NCBI GenBank assembly: GCA_963737905.1
Contig: CAVTUQ010000039.1
Span: forward strand, 32,001-96,000
Reading direction: 5' to 3'
DNA: 64,000 nucleotides
Source of the DNA: an uncultured delta proteobacterium
GTDB lineage: Bacteria > Desulfobacterota > Binatia > UBA9968
In this document: positions 10,053-18,727 of the stretch, one piece after another
Layout: each line of letters opens with the position of its first letter
How positions within the stretch are numbered: the stretch's first letter is position 1
Notes under the pieces: generated by a model
The model's input: the letters and a program-made list of their open reading frames with translations, nothing else
The model's database searches: none
Told to the model about the DNA's origin: nothing
Program-made: the position numbers and the translations under genes

Positions 10053-10471
10053 CTTATTCCGTTCGCCTTCTGAAGCTCCCGTATATAAACAACGATCTGA
10101 TCGATTTGATTCCGCCCCACCTGCGGCTGAGCAGGCATGGCTCCGAATAGCCAATGATGCTGGGGCACGCCTAAGGTCACGGCTCGAACAATCGAAAAAT
10201 CGCCGTGATGCGAGGGACCATAGATTTGGTTCACTAGGGACGGTCCTTTATCGGTCCCAGCCGCATTCTTGCCGTGACAGCTGACACAGTAAGCTACGAA
10301 CGCGGCCTCTCCCGTTGTCGCTTCCGCAGAAAGCTTCGAAACCCTAACCGTGCCTTGCTCATCGGCACGTTGCTGGATCAGATAACCCCCGCCGGCTATC
10401 ATGCCAACCACCGAAAGAATGATTCCAATAACAAGCGCAATTTGCCTCGATGTCCCCATATTCAAAATCAC
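10049..10471 (-). CDS. Membrane-anchored monoheme cytochrome c
   Basis: TM anchor, CVSCH, GPSL, HHW.FGAMP axial Met region. Confidence 0.88.
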   Translation of the reverse strand: MILNMGTSRQIALVIGIILSVVGMIAGGGYLIQQRADEQGTVRVSKLSAEATTGEAAFVAYCVSCHGKNAAGTDKGPSLVNQIYGPSHHGDFSIVRAVTLGVPQHHWLFGAMPAQPQVGRNQIDQIVVYIRELQKANGIR

Positions 10472-10480
10472 AACGGCTAA

Positions 10481-10816
10481 TCATACGCGACGGCGCACGA
10501 CAAGTTTCATCCTGTCGAAACCAACGATCTCGACTCGCTCACCCAAAGACATCGCCTCTTTACAGACGGCCTCCCAGATCTCGCCTCGGTAAAGCACTTT
10601 CGTCTTCTCTTCACTGCGTCGAAATACCGTTCCAACGGCACCCATCATTCCCTCGATACCCGTAGTTGACGGCTGGTGCATAGTCCGCCAAATCAGCCAG
10701 TAGAAAGCAGCAGACAAGAGGCAGACGCCAGCATACAAAATCAACGCTGCTTCCCAAGGGAAAAATAAAAACAGCGGCAGCGCGAAGATCGGCAACAGTA
10801 AAAGTATGTGACACAT
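10481..10816 (-). CDS. NfeD-like protein (TM segments plus C-terminal OB fold)
   Basis: MCH N-terminus, two TM segments, TGIEGMMGAVG...V.YRGEIWEA...GERVEIVG. Confidence 0.8.
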   Translation of the reverse strand: MCHILLLLPIFALPLFLFFPWEAALILYAGVCLLSAAFYWLIWRTMHQPSTTGIEGMMGAVGTVFRRSEEKTKVLYRGEIWEAVCKEAMSLGERVEIVGFDRMKLVVRRRV

Positions 10817-10890
10817 CGCTTTTTTCGTAAGTTCGCTCTGTTACCACGGTCGAACGACTTTGAGCTTCGCGAGCTCTCAAGCCCCGCTGC

Positions 10891-11043
10891 TTATCGAGGT
10901 TGATCCTCATCACGCTTGTTCTTACGAGCACCGTGGTCTCTATGCCCTCCATGTCCGCCACAACCCATGCCCGAAGAATGCATCCAGATAAAAACCACCA
11001 AAACGACGATCCAAAACCAGTTGTTCTGTAAAAAGTCGCCCAT
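10891..11043 (-). CDS. Small His-rich membrane protein, DUF2933-like (50 aa)
   Basis: Manual translation: MGDFLQNNWFWIVVLVVFIWMHSSGMGCGGHGGHRDHGARKNKRDEDQPR; GAGGAGGAG RBS; below the ORF-track cut-off. Confidence 0.75.
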   Translation of the reverse strand: MGDFLQNNWFWIVVLVVFIWMHSSGMGCGGHGGHRDHGARKNKRDEDQPR

Positions 11044-11089
11044 GACAGCTCCTCCTCTTCAACGCCCCTGCCCAGCCGCAACCATCCTT

Positions 11090-11500
11090 CTACTCCAGAG
11101 TCCAGCGGAACGTTCTCTCTTTAACTCCTGCGAGATCTTTAATAACGATCTCAATCCACTTTGCATCCGGCGATTTCTTCGGGAAGGTCAAAGTCACCTC
11201 TCGATGATGGCCACCGCCTTTGTTCTCGACCTTTGTCGGTGAGTAAGTTTTTCCCGTGCCATCCCGCAGCAGCGCTAACGTCTTAAAATCATAGCTGTCT
11301 AAACCAACCGAGTGCGTGTTGAGCGCCACTTGGAAGCGGGGACTCTCATTATTGCGCGGATTCACGTAGGTTACGGCCACAGTGACTCCTCCTCCCGAGA
11401 TGGTTTGCGTCGCGTCCGTCGTGCCGGCTGCGTAACTCTTCGCGCTACCCATGAACCCTGCCAAGAGAAATCCTGTAAGAAATAATCTCAGTGCTTTCAT
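11090..11500 (-). CDS. Secreted hypothetical protein (NTHSV, GGHH motifs)
   Basis: Signal peptide MKALRLF...SYA; His motifs; AAGGAG RBS. Confidence 0.75.
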   Translation of the reverse strand: MKALRLFLTGFLLAGFMGSAKSYAAGTTDATQTISGGGVTVAVTYVNPRNNESPRFQVALNTHSVGLDSYDFKTLALLRDGTGKTYSPTKVENKGGGHHREVTLTFPKKSPDAKWIEIVIKDLAGVKERTFRWTLE

Positions 11501-11656
11501 GCTCGTTTGCTCCTTATCGTCATAGTCCCGCAGACGGTTTGTTGAGGAAGCGGTTTCATGCCTTCTCGCGCCGGAAGAGACATCCTTCAATTCGGCGAAA
11601 AGGAATGACTTACCAATGCCTCGGCAAACCGGGCATCCGGAAAAACAAGAGGGATT

Positions 11657-12097
11657 TCAGACTAAGAAAACGGAGAGTAGAAGATAGCGAGAGCGTGACG
11701 GAAAACCAGGCGGTGAAGACGTAATGAACCAATCAAGATGAGGACTTCGCCCGCCCGTGATATTTTTACCAAGCGCAGCCACTCCACTTGAAACGGAAGA
11801 CTTTAATTGGATGGCCTTGCGCGGCTGTGTTAGAGAACTCGCGGAAGACGATTGTACGATCGCGTCAAATTCGTGATGAATTGTAAGACAATGTACTTCG
11901 CTGGCCAGTCCACCAGCAGAACGGCCGACAAAATCTGTCGACGGCTTTCGGCTTTCAAAACTGCCGCCTGCCGACTGTTCCTCAGCGCTTTCCCCCGTCT
12001 CTCTCAGGCAATCCTCAAAAGCCCACGCTACACCGGAGTAGGCGAATAAAACTGAGAGGTAGAGCATGCCGAGAGATTTAAGAAATCGACCCTTCAT
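11657..12097 (-). CDS. Secreted leader-type protein ending YLLLSVFLV; first gene of copper accessory operon B
   Basis: Signal peptide, AWAFEDC, VHCLTIHHEF, low-complexity linker; resembles 16435-16842. Confidence 0.6.
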   Translation of the reverse strand: MKGRFLKSLGMLYLSVLFAYSGVAWAFEDCLRETGESAEEQSAGGSFESRKPSTDFVGRSAGGLASEVHCLTIHHEFDAIVQSSSASSLTQPRKAIQLKSSVSSGVAALGKNITGGRSPHLDWFITSSPPGFPSRSRYLLLSVFLV

Positions 12098-12130
12098 ATT
12101 AATACGCGCGCCTCACAGCGATTGTTACTA

Positions 12131-12146
12131 AGCAAGATATCCGCCA
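12131..12146 (-). promoter_or_regulatory. sigma54 promoter candidate for operon B
   Basis: Minus strand TGGCGGATATCTTGCT with correct GG-N10-GC spacing, about 34 nt upstream of ATG 12097. Confidence 0.6.
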
Positions 12147-12297
12147 ACGTCAAAAGCCAGCGGAATGCTCAACCGTTACTGGATCTTATTGCGTCTTTTT
12201 TCTCAAGATTGACAAAGTCAACCCATTAGCTTTGCAAATTCAAGAAAACAAGGTTGATTCATCTGAATGATCGATTCGTCTATCCTTTCGCCGCCAG

Positions 12298-13725
12298 TTA
12301 TCCGGCATTGGCTGTCCCTGCGTGAACGTCAATCCCGTCCCGAGTAAGATCCTCCTCGCTTGCCTTGAGGGCAACGGTTCCCTGTGGATGTTCATACCAA
12401 CCAGGATCTTCGTCATAGCTTTTTAACTGATCGCGGACCTTCACGATCGTAAACATCCCGCCCATGGTGATGTAGTCGAAGGGCCCCTGGCCGCCCTTCA
12501 TAGAGATCGTATTGCGCGGATACGGCATGACCTCAGCCATCCCGCCCATATCCATTCCGGTTTGACCCATGCTCATATATGCCGGGAGCAGAGAGCGGAT
12601 TTTCTCGTCCAGGCCCTCGGTCTTAATGCCTACCATGTTGGGAAACTGATGCCCCATCTGGTTCATCACGTGATGCGTCATATGGCAATGCATGGCCCAG
12701 TCCCCGGGAGCGTCGGCGATGAATTCGATGTTGCGCGTCTGTCCGACTGCAACGAGAGCCGTGGTTTCCGGCCACTGGGCCGAAAGAGGAATATCTTCGC
12801 CGTCCGTCGCCGTGGTCCGGAAGTGGAAACCGTGGAGGTGGATCGGATGATGGTCCATCGCCCCCAGGTTGCCCAACCGGATGCGAACCTTATCACCGGT
12901 TTTGCACACTAGGGGACTGGTAGAAGGAAAGCTCTTACCGTTGATCGTCAAGATATTGAAGCCGCTGTCTTTTACGGTGTTTGGGCGCGCCGTTCCGGCT
13001 TCAATCACCCACTCGCTCAGCATCAGCACAAAATCGCGACCGACTCGATATTCAGGAGAGGGATTTCTGGGATGAATAACAAACATGCCAATCTGTCCCA
13101 TCCCCATCTGTGTCATCTCGTCATGATGGGAGTGATACATGAAGGTTCCGTGCTGGCGCAAAGTCCACTCATACTTCACTGTCTCACCCGGTTTGATGTA
13201 CGGTTGCGTCAGACCGCCGACGCCGTCCATTCCATTGGGGAGATAAACCCCATGCCAATGAACGGAGGTACCGACTGGCAACCGGTTCGTCACGTAGATC
13301 CGTATCCGTTCGCCCTCGACCGCCTCAATCACGGTGCTGTTCACGCGTCCGTTGTATCCCCAGCATTTAGCGCGCAGGCCCGAGTCAAAAGCATGATCGA
13401 CCTCTTCCGCAATCAAGTGGAAGACTTTCACGCCATCCATGACCCTAAACGGTAGCGTGCCACCGTTTGGGATCACGACCGGCTTGTAACCCTTTTCCGG
13501 TAAAGCTGGCGGCAGCGGTTTCACATCGATGGCTCCTCCGCTGTAGCTCTTCTCCCAATACGGGCGACCGCCCTGAGATTTCTGTTGTCCAGACGCAGGC
13601 TGATATTGCACCGAGCCGCTGCCATGGGTTGTTGCCTGGCTCTCCTTCCCCAACACCGCGACACCGCCCGCGATTGTAGCAGCGCCGAGACTGAGTATTC
13701 GCCGTCTGGAGATTTTATCAGCCAT
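12298..13725 (-). CDS. Tat-exported multicopper oxidase (copper-resistance type)
   Basis: SRRRIL Tat signal; HWHG, YHSH, HPIHLHGFH and HCHMTHHVMNQM copper ligands; Met-rich C-terminal region. Confidence 0.93.
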   Translation of the reverse strand: MADKISRRRILSLGAATIAGGVAVLGKESQATTHGSGSVQYQPASGQQKSQGGRPYWEKSYSGGAIDVKPLPPALPEKGYKPVVIPNGGTLPFRVMDGVKVFHLIAEEVDHAFDSGLRAKCWGYNGRVNSTVIEAVEGERIRIYVTNRLPVGTSVHWHGVYLPNGMDGVGGLTQPYIKPGETVKYEWTLRQHGTFMYHSHHDEMTQMGMGQIGMFVIHPRNPSPEYRVGRDFVLMLSEWVIEAGTARPNTVKDSGFNILTINGKSFPSTSPLVCKTGDKVRIRLGNLGAMDHHPIHLHGFHFRTTATDGEDIPLSAQWPETTALVAVGQTRNIEFIADAPGDWAMHCHMTHHVMNQMGHQFPNMVGIKTEGLDEKIRSLLPAYMSMGQTGMDMGGMAEVMPYPRNTISMKGGQGPFDYITMGGMFTIVKVRDQLKSYDEDPGWYEHPQGTVALKASEEDLTRDGIDVHAGTANAG

Positions 13726-13742
13726 TTCTTCTCCTCCGTACT

Positions 13743-15161
13743 TTAATTCCCTTCTCTGCCGTTGATCTTGACTGGCCCGGCTGTCCCTCCGGTCGGTAAT
13801 CCATTCGAGCTTGGCAGCCGACCGCTCAAAAGCTGCCCGAGGTCTCCCCGGGCCAGCCAGTAATCACGTAACGCTTCAATGTAGGCGACCGCCATCTCGA
13901 TCTGCTGTTCCCGCGCGCGCAATAGTTGAATGGGCCCGAGCTGCATCGCGTTGTATTGCAACTGGGACTCGTTCACGATTCGCTCATGGAGCGGCAATAG
14001 AATGTCCCGATAGTACAAGGCGCGATCCCGGAATCCTTCCACCCGATCTCGAACAGCGCGCGCCGTAGAGCGTACTCGCACCGCCAAGGCATAGTATTCC
14101 TGCTGGGTGCGCCTGAGCTCCGCCGCCGAACGCCCAACCCGGGCTTGACCCTGATCGAAAAGTGGAATGGGAAATTCCAGTACCGGCCCGACCTCCCATG
14201 CACCTTCGTTTCGTTCCGCGAACGGCCCGAAACCCAACTCCGGGATCAAAGCCGTTGTTCGGTTAAATCCCAACTGTTCGCCCGCGACGAGAATGCGCTG
14301 CCTCGCATGGGACAAATCAATGCTCCGGCTGAGCGCAACGCGTTCGATATCCTCGGTCGGCATCGGCTGCGCTGGAATGTCAGGCAAATGTCCGTCGCTT
14401 TGCCACTCGGTATTTCTTCCCCACAGCCCCATTAGATCGTTCAACTGTTCCCGGCTTTGGCGCACCGCGATCTCGGCGGACCTAAGCGCCAGCTTGCCGG
14501 CTTCTGTAAGGGCCCGTTCCCTGGCCAGGTCCAGATCGGTGATATTCCCAGCTTCATTCAGCCGGCGCGCCACTTCCAAAGATGCGTTCAATGCCTGGAC
14601 AATCGTTTGTCGCAGCTCCAGCATTTGTTCATTTGCCAGATGTAAATAAAAGGCGGCCCTGGCTCTCGCAGCAAAGTCGAGTACGGCACCTGTGACTCGA
14701 AGTTTCGCCTCATCAAACCGGGCGGCGGCGACTCGCTTGCGAAGCGGCATGTAAAAGATATCGAGAAAGTTCATCACCGTGACAAGTTCCAAATTCGCCT
14801 GGCCGCCAGAAGTCGGGAACTTAACTGCCGCCTCGAAGATCGGATTATTGAGGAGTCCGGCTTGCACCAGGTCTGCCTGCGCAACGCCCAGGTCCGAGTA
14901 GACCGCCTGGAGGTCACGATTGTTCAGCAACGCAACCTGGACCGCCTCATCGACAGTGAGCTTTGCCTTCAGCAACGAGTCAACTTTCGTGGCGGCTTCT
15001 TTATCCAGCTCGGTTCCGTTGTTCCAAAATATCCGGCTTGCGCTCCGCTCTTCCACCGTCGCTTTGACATCGTCAAAACCGGCGTTGAGTGCTACCGTCG
15101 CGCAACCGCTGAGCAGCACGAGCCCAACAACCAACCAGCCAGCATTTTTCAAACCTATCAT
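13743..15161 (-). CDS. TolC/outer-membrane-factor family lipoprotein
   Basis: LLSGC lipobox, AVQVALLNN.DLQ, PIPLFDQGQ, YNAMQ; two OEP repeats. Confidence 0.9.
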   Translation of the reverse strand: MIGLKNAGWLVVGLVLLSGCATVALNAGFDDVKATVEERSASRIFWNNGTELDKEAATKVDSLLKAKLTVDEAVQVALLNNRDLQAVYSDLGVAQADLVQAGLLNNPIFEAAVKFPTSGGQANLELVTVMNFLDIFYMPLRKRVAAARFDEAKLRVTGAVLDFAARARAAFYLHLANEQMLELRQTIVQALNASLEVARRLNEAGNITDLDLARERALTEAGKLALRSAEIAVRQSREQLNDLMGLWGRNTEWQSDGHLPDIPAQPMPTEDIERVALSRSIDLSHARQRILVAGEQLGFNRTTALIPELGFGPFAERNEGAWEVGPVLEFPIPLFDQGQARVGRSAAELRRTQQEYYALAVRVRSTARAVRDRVEGFRDRALYYRDILLPLHERIVNESQLQYNAMQLGPIQLLRAREQQIEMAVAYIEALRDYWLARGDLGQLLSGRLPSSNGLPTGGTAGPVKINGREGN

Positions 15162-15198
15162 CGGCGCATCTCTGTCCGGTGCTCAGCAGTTACTGGCA

Positions 15199-15660
15199 TC
15201 ACTTCTTCTCAATCTTAACGATCGTTTTCTTTGGAACGTCGATAGTGAAGCGAACCTTGTCCCCGGATTTCAGTCCTTCGAGAAGGGTAGGAGGATCGAC
15301 CTGATAACCCATCGTCATGGGTCCCATAAATCCCTTAATTTCTCCGTGCTCCACAACGAGTTGGTTGGCATTCGGAACCGTTGCCACGACTTTGCCCTCA
15401 CCCGCCACCGTCTGGTCCCCAGTCTGTGCCGACTGCTGAGCCTCATGGCCGCCTTGCTGGGCCGCCATGGCCGGCGTAGGTTGTGACGAGGGTAAATCCG
15501 ATCGCGCGTAGGCAAGCGTTTTCGACATCGGACGGGCGGGCGCTGCCATCGCCTCAGGATGAGCCGGATGCTCAACAGTCAACGGCGGGATTTGATAAGC
15601 CGCGCAACCCGTCAAAAGCGACAATGATAGAATTAATATGAAACAATTCTTGTTTTTCAT
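15199..15660 (-). CDS. CusF-like copper-binding lipoprotein
   Basis: LLTGC lipobox, HPAHP, and a C-terminal GKV...EHGEIKGFMGPMTMGY...LKSGDKVRF domain. Confidence 0.85.
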   Translation of the reverse strand: MKNKNCFILILSLSLLTGCAAYQIPPLTVEHPAHPEAMAAPARPMSKTLAYARSDLPSSQPTPAMAAQQGGHEAQQSAQTGDQTVAGEGKVVATVPNANQLVVEHGEIKGFMGPMTMGYQVDPPTLLEGLKSGDKVRFTIDVPKKTIVKIEKK

Positions 15661-15682
15661 GGCTGCTTTCTCATCGCGGTCA

Positions 15683-16360
15683 CTATTTGAGTTTCACGAT
15701 TTTAGTGACTGATTGGTTTTCGGTATCGAGCGTGAAACGAATTTTATCGCCTGATTTAATTCCTTTAAGGATAGATCGTGAGCTGACTTTGTACCCCATC
15801 GTCATCGCGTCCATGACACCCTTGATCTCGTCGTGCGTGATAACAACCTCCTGGTTTTGTGGCACAACGGCGATTATCTTCCCTACCCCGGTCACAAATT
15901 TGGCAATACCTGGGGGCCTTAATGAAGCGAGATAAGCCGAAAGATCGATCAGCTCTTGAACCGTCATCCGGTCGTTGTAAACGGGCATCCTGGAATTGCC
16001 GTCCGGGTCGCGGTCTTCTTTGGCTGCCCAGGCGCTCGGATTGATGGTGGACTCCGTGAAATACTCGAGCGGATGCATTGATCCCATCTGGCTCAACTCC
16101 GGGCCGTAATCGACGCCGGCAAAGTCAAAGTTTTCACCGCGCACTTCGTGGCAAAAATAGCACTCGAACTTGATAAACACCGCGCGGCCTTTGCCCGGGT
16201 CGCCCTTAGGCATCGTAAACCGCCAATTCTGAGGATGATGGGTGTGTAACTCTTCGTGATGGTTCCCTTTTTCTTGAGCCTTCGACGATGAGAAACACGC
16301 GAGTAACGAGAAGAGAACAATCGCAAACCAGGACGGACGCAAATCGGCAACCATAGCCAT
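15683..16360 (-). CDS. Cytochrome c - CusF fusion protein
   Basis: Signal peptide, His-rich HHEELHTHH, GDPGKG..F...CYFCH...GPEL...SRMP heme domain, then THDEIKGVMDAMTMGY CusF domain. Confidence 0.85.
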   Translation of the reverse strand: MAMVADLRPSWFAIVLFSLLACFSSSKAQEKGNHHEELHTHHPQNWRFTMPKGDPGKGRAVFIKFECYFCHEVRGENFDFAGVDYGPELSQMGSMHPLEYFTESTINPSAWAAKEDRDPDGNSRMPVYNDRMTVQELIDLSAYLASLRPPGIAKFVTGVGKIIAVVPQNQEVVITHDEIKGVMDAMTMGYKVSSRSILKGIKSGDKIRFTLDTENQSVTKIVKLK

Positions 16361-16434
16361 GCCTCACAAAATCATAGATAGGTTGGAACACACCCCTGCC
16401 GTTTCAGGCAGAGGAACGGCAAGATGAACGAAGG

Positions 16435-16842
16435 CTAGATTCTAAAAACGGAGAGAAGCAGGTGGGGTGAAAGGCCCACAAGGAAAGGATAACGGGGAAA
16501 TCTTCCGGCACTACTACTGATGAAATGGTTCTGAGCGTTCAGGGAGGTTTGTTCTGCGGATAAAGCCGAATGCGAAGCTAATTTAAGTTCGTGATCCCGC
16601 GGTTTCGGATCCGACTTCACCGATAGCGATGCAAGGGATTGGAGATCGAAGTGTAGCTGAGCACAATGAACCCGGGGCGCGGACTGATCATGTTCCGAAT
16701 CGCCATGATGCGAATCGGAAATAGCGCCATGATGATCTTCGTCCACCGTCTCGTGGACGTGGCGGAAACAATCCGCCCAAACCGAAGCTGGCCCACTAAG
16801 CAGGAAAAAGAGAGAAAACAGAGGGATCAAGAAGCGCCGCAT
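16435..16842 (-). CDS. Secreted His-rich leader-type protein ending HLLLSVFRI; first gene of copper operon A
   Basis: Signal peptide, ADCFRHVHETVDEDHHG..HHGDSEH, VHCAQLHF; resembles 11657-12097. Confidence 0.65.
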   Translation of the reverse strand: MRRFLIPLFSLFFLLSGPASVWADCFRHVHETVDEDHHGAISDSHHGDSEHDQSAPRVHCAQLHFDLQSLASLSVKSDPKPRDHELKLASHSALSAEQTSLNAQNHFISSSAGRFPRYPFLVGLSPHLLLSVFRI

Positions 16843-16855
16843 AGAGTTTCAGATG

Positions 16856-16888
16856 CGTCAGCATAACTGACGATGAAACCCGATTCAA
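16856..16888 (-). promoter_or_regulatory. sigma70-type promoter with an inverted repeat over the -10 box
   Basis: TTGAAT-17 nt-TATGCT on the minus strand; CGTCAG-N5-CTGACG at 16856-16872. Confidence 0.5.
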
Positions 16889-16914
16889 GTCGTTTGAAAA
16901 ACTCTTGAGTTCTT

Positions 16915-17193
16915 TTAGCTCGCTTTCTCCGCGACTATGGTCGAAAAATCTTTACGCGTGCCCTCAGGCGCTGGGAACGTCTGGTAGCGTGATTCCAGGA
17001 TGGTCCAACCGTCAAACCGTTCTTCTAACTCGTTCCGTCGAAAGAGACAGTAGTTATCCGGATCGAACATCCCTAGATAAGTCGTGCCCTCAATCAGCAC
17101 GTTGACCATTGCCCGGCCGGCGGGTTTGACGTATTCTTGGATGGCGGTTAAGAGTTGAAGCGCCTTCTCGTGATGGCACCGCCTACAACGCAA
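16915..17193 (-). pseudogene. C-terminal fragment of a TehB-like SAM-dependent methyltransferase
   Basis: IQEYVKPAG...F.RNEL...F.GW.IL...TIVA.K resembles the class I MTase C-terminal half; the SAM-binding N-terminal half is absent and there is no room for it before lgt. Confidence 0.55.
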
Positions 17194-17229
17194 AAGATCC
17201 GGAACATCGCGCTATCAAATTAAGATGTT

Positions 17230-18021
17230 TCAAGCTGTCGATCTAGCCGTGACAACTCCTGACTTGACCAATTGCCACAAGCCAACGAAGATCATCAACA
17301 CACCAAACCATTGCGCTTCGGTCAAGCCGAAGGCGAAGGCCGGATTTAACCGCCAGAATTCGACCACTAATCGCGCCAAGCCCGAGAGGGCCAGGTAGAG
17401 CCAAAAGATCGCGCCCGGTGCATACTCTTTTTTTCTAAGCGCCCACAGGATGCCAAAGATAACCGCCGATTCGAGAAATTCGTAGATCGGCGTCGGGTGA
17501 ACCCGCACGCCGGGGGGATAAGGAATGCCAGTGGAGGGGTCGACCCACCCGATGATTGCGTTGGTGTAAGCTACACCCCAAGGCAAATTGGTCACAGTTC
17601 CCCAATCGCCGTCCCCCGCTACGTGGCATCCTAGCCGTCCGATGCCATAGGCAATCGCCAGCGCCGGAGCCGCGATATCGGCGGCTTTCAGCCACGGGAT
17701 ATGGTTTTTCCGAACAACCCAACTAACTCCCAGCACGCCGCCCAAAAACCCGCCATACCACGTGAAACCGGCCCCGGTAAAAATATAGTCCCACGGCGAG
17801 CGGAGAAAATGACTCCACTCTTCGACAATAAAAAGAAGTCGAGCTCCAAGCAATCCGCCTATGGCGGCGGCGAACACCATCGTGGAAGCCAACTCCGGAT
17901 TGTAGCCCTTTCGTTTAAGCTCTGCTTGAACGACCCACGCAGCGGCAATCGCCGCCAAGGCCATGAATACACCGAAGCTATAAATAGTCAGCGGTCCAAA
18001 TTGAAAAAGAATCGGCAGCAT
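17230..18021 (-). CDS. lgt: Prolipoprotein diacylglyceryl transferase
   Basis: MLPILF.FG, GGLLGARL, GIGRLGC, LPWG, HPTPIYE and R..VEFWR motifs. Confidence 0.93.
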   Translation of the reverse strand: MLPILFQFGPLTIYSFGVFMALAAIAAAWVVQAELKRKGYNPELASTMVFAAAIGGLLGARLLFIVEEWSHFLRSPWDYIFTGAGFTWYGGFLGGVLGVSWVVRKNHIPWLKAADIAAPALAIAYGIGRLGCHVAGDGDWGTVTNLPWGVAYTNAIIGWVDPSTGIPYPPGVRVHPTPIYEFLESAVIFGILWALRKKEYAPGAIFWLYLALSGLARLVVEFWRLNPAFAFGLTEAQWFGVLMIFVGLWQLVKSGVVTARSTA

Positions 18022-18282
18022 CACGCTCCCCTGAAGCAGTCGTATAAGGAGGTTACCAAAATATGCTGAGAAAATCACATCACGGAGTCTTTTGATTCAA
18101 GCCATAGTACCACGCATCTCTTCTGCTGCCGTCCCTCTAGCCCTTCAGCAGCATTGTCAATCATGATTTTCTTTGTTACCAGTATCTGTATTTTGCCATC
18201 CCGATGAAGAGCCTGTTCGTTCCTATTCTTATAAGATTCAGTTCGCGCACAAACTGAAACAAGGCACCTCCAGCGCTAATTC

Positions 18283-18720
18283 GTGAAAGCCGTTATCCAA
18301 AGAGTGTCCCGAGCCGAAGTCAAGGTCGCCGACGCGCTCATCGGCAGAATCGGCCCCGGCCTTTGTATTTTTCTGGGCATCGGCAAAGACGATGGCCAAA
18401 GCAACGCCGATCGTCTTGCGGAGAAGATCAAGAATCTGAGAATTTTTGAAGACGAGAATGGCAAGATGAACCGATCCATAGAGGAAATGGGCGAAGAAGT
18501 CCTGGTCGTATCGCAATTCACCCTGTATGGAGATTGCAGGAAAGGCAATCGTCCTTCCTTTAGCGATGCGGCGCCACCCGACGAGGCGGAAAAATTGTAC
18601 GACTATTTCGTGCAGCGATTGCGCGGCGCGGGTCTCACCGTGGCGACCGGACAATTCAAGGCGCGAATGGCTGTCGCCTTGACCAACGACGGACCGGTCA
18701 CCTTTATCGTCGAGACCTAG
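18283..18720 (+). CDS. dtd: D-aminoacyl-tRNA deacylase
   Basis: MKAVIQRV, LRIFED..GKMN, VSQFTL, KGNRPSF, NDGPVT. Confidence 0.97.
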   Translation: MKAVIQRVSRAEVKVADALIGRIGPGLCIFLGIGKDDGQSNADRLAEKIKNLRIFEDENGKMNRSIEEMGEEVLVVSQFTLYGDCRKGNRPSFSDAAPPDEAEKLYDYFVQRLRGAGLTVATGQFKARMAVALTNDGPVTFIVET

Positions 18721-18727
18721 GAAAAAA

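Noticed and set aside
10611-11081. 156-aa minus-strand ORF
   Set aside because: It overlaps the NfeD-like gene and the better supported 50-aa ORF (10891-11043) that has a strong RBS.
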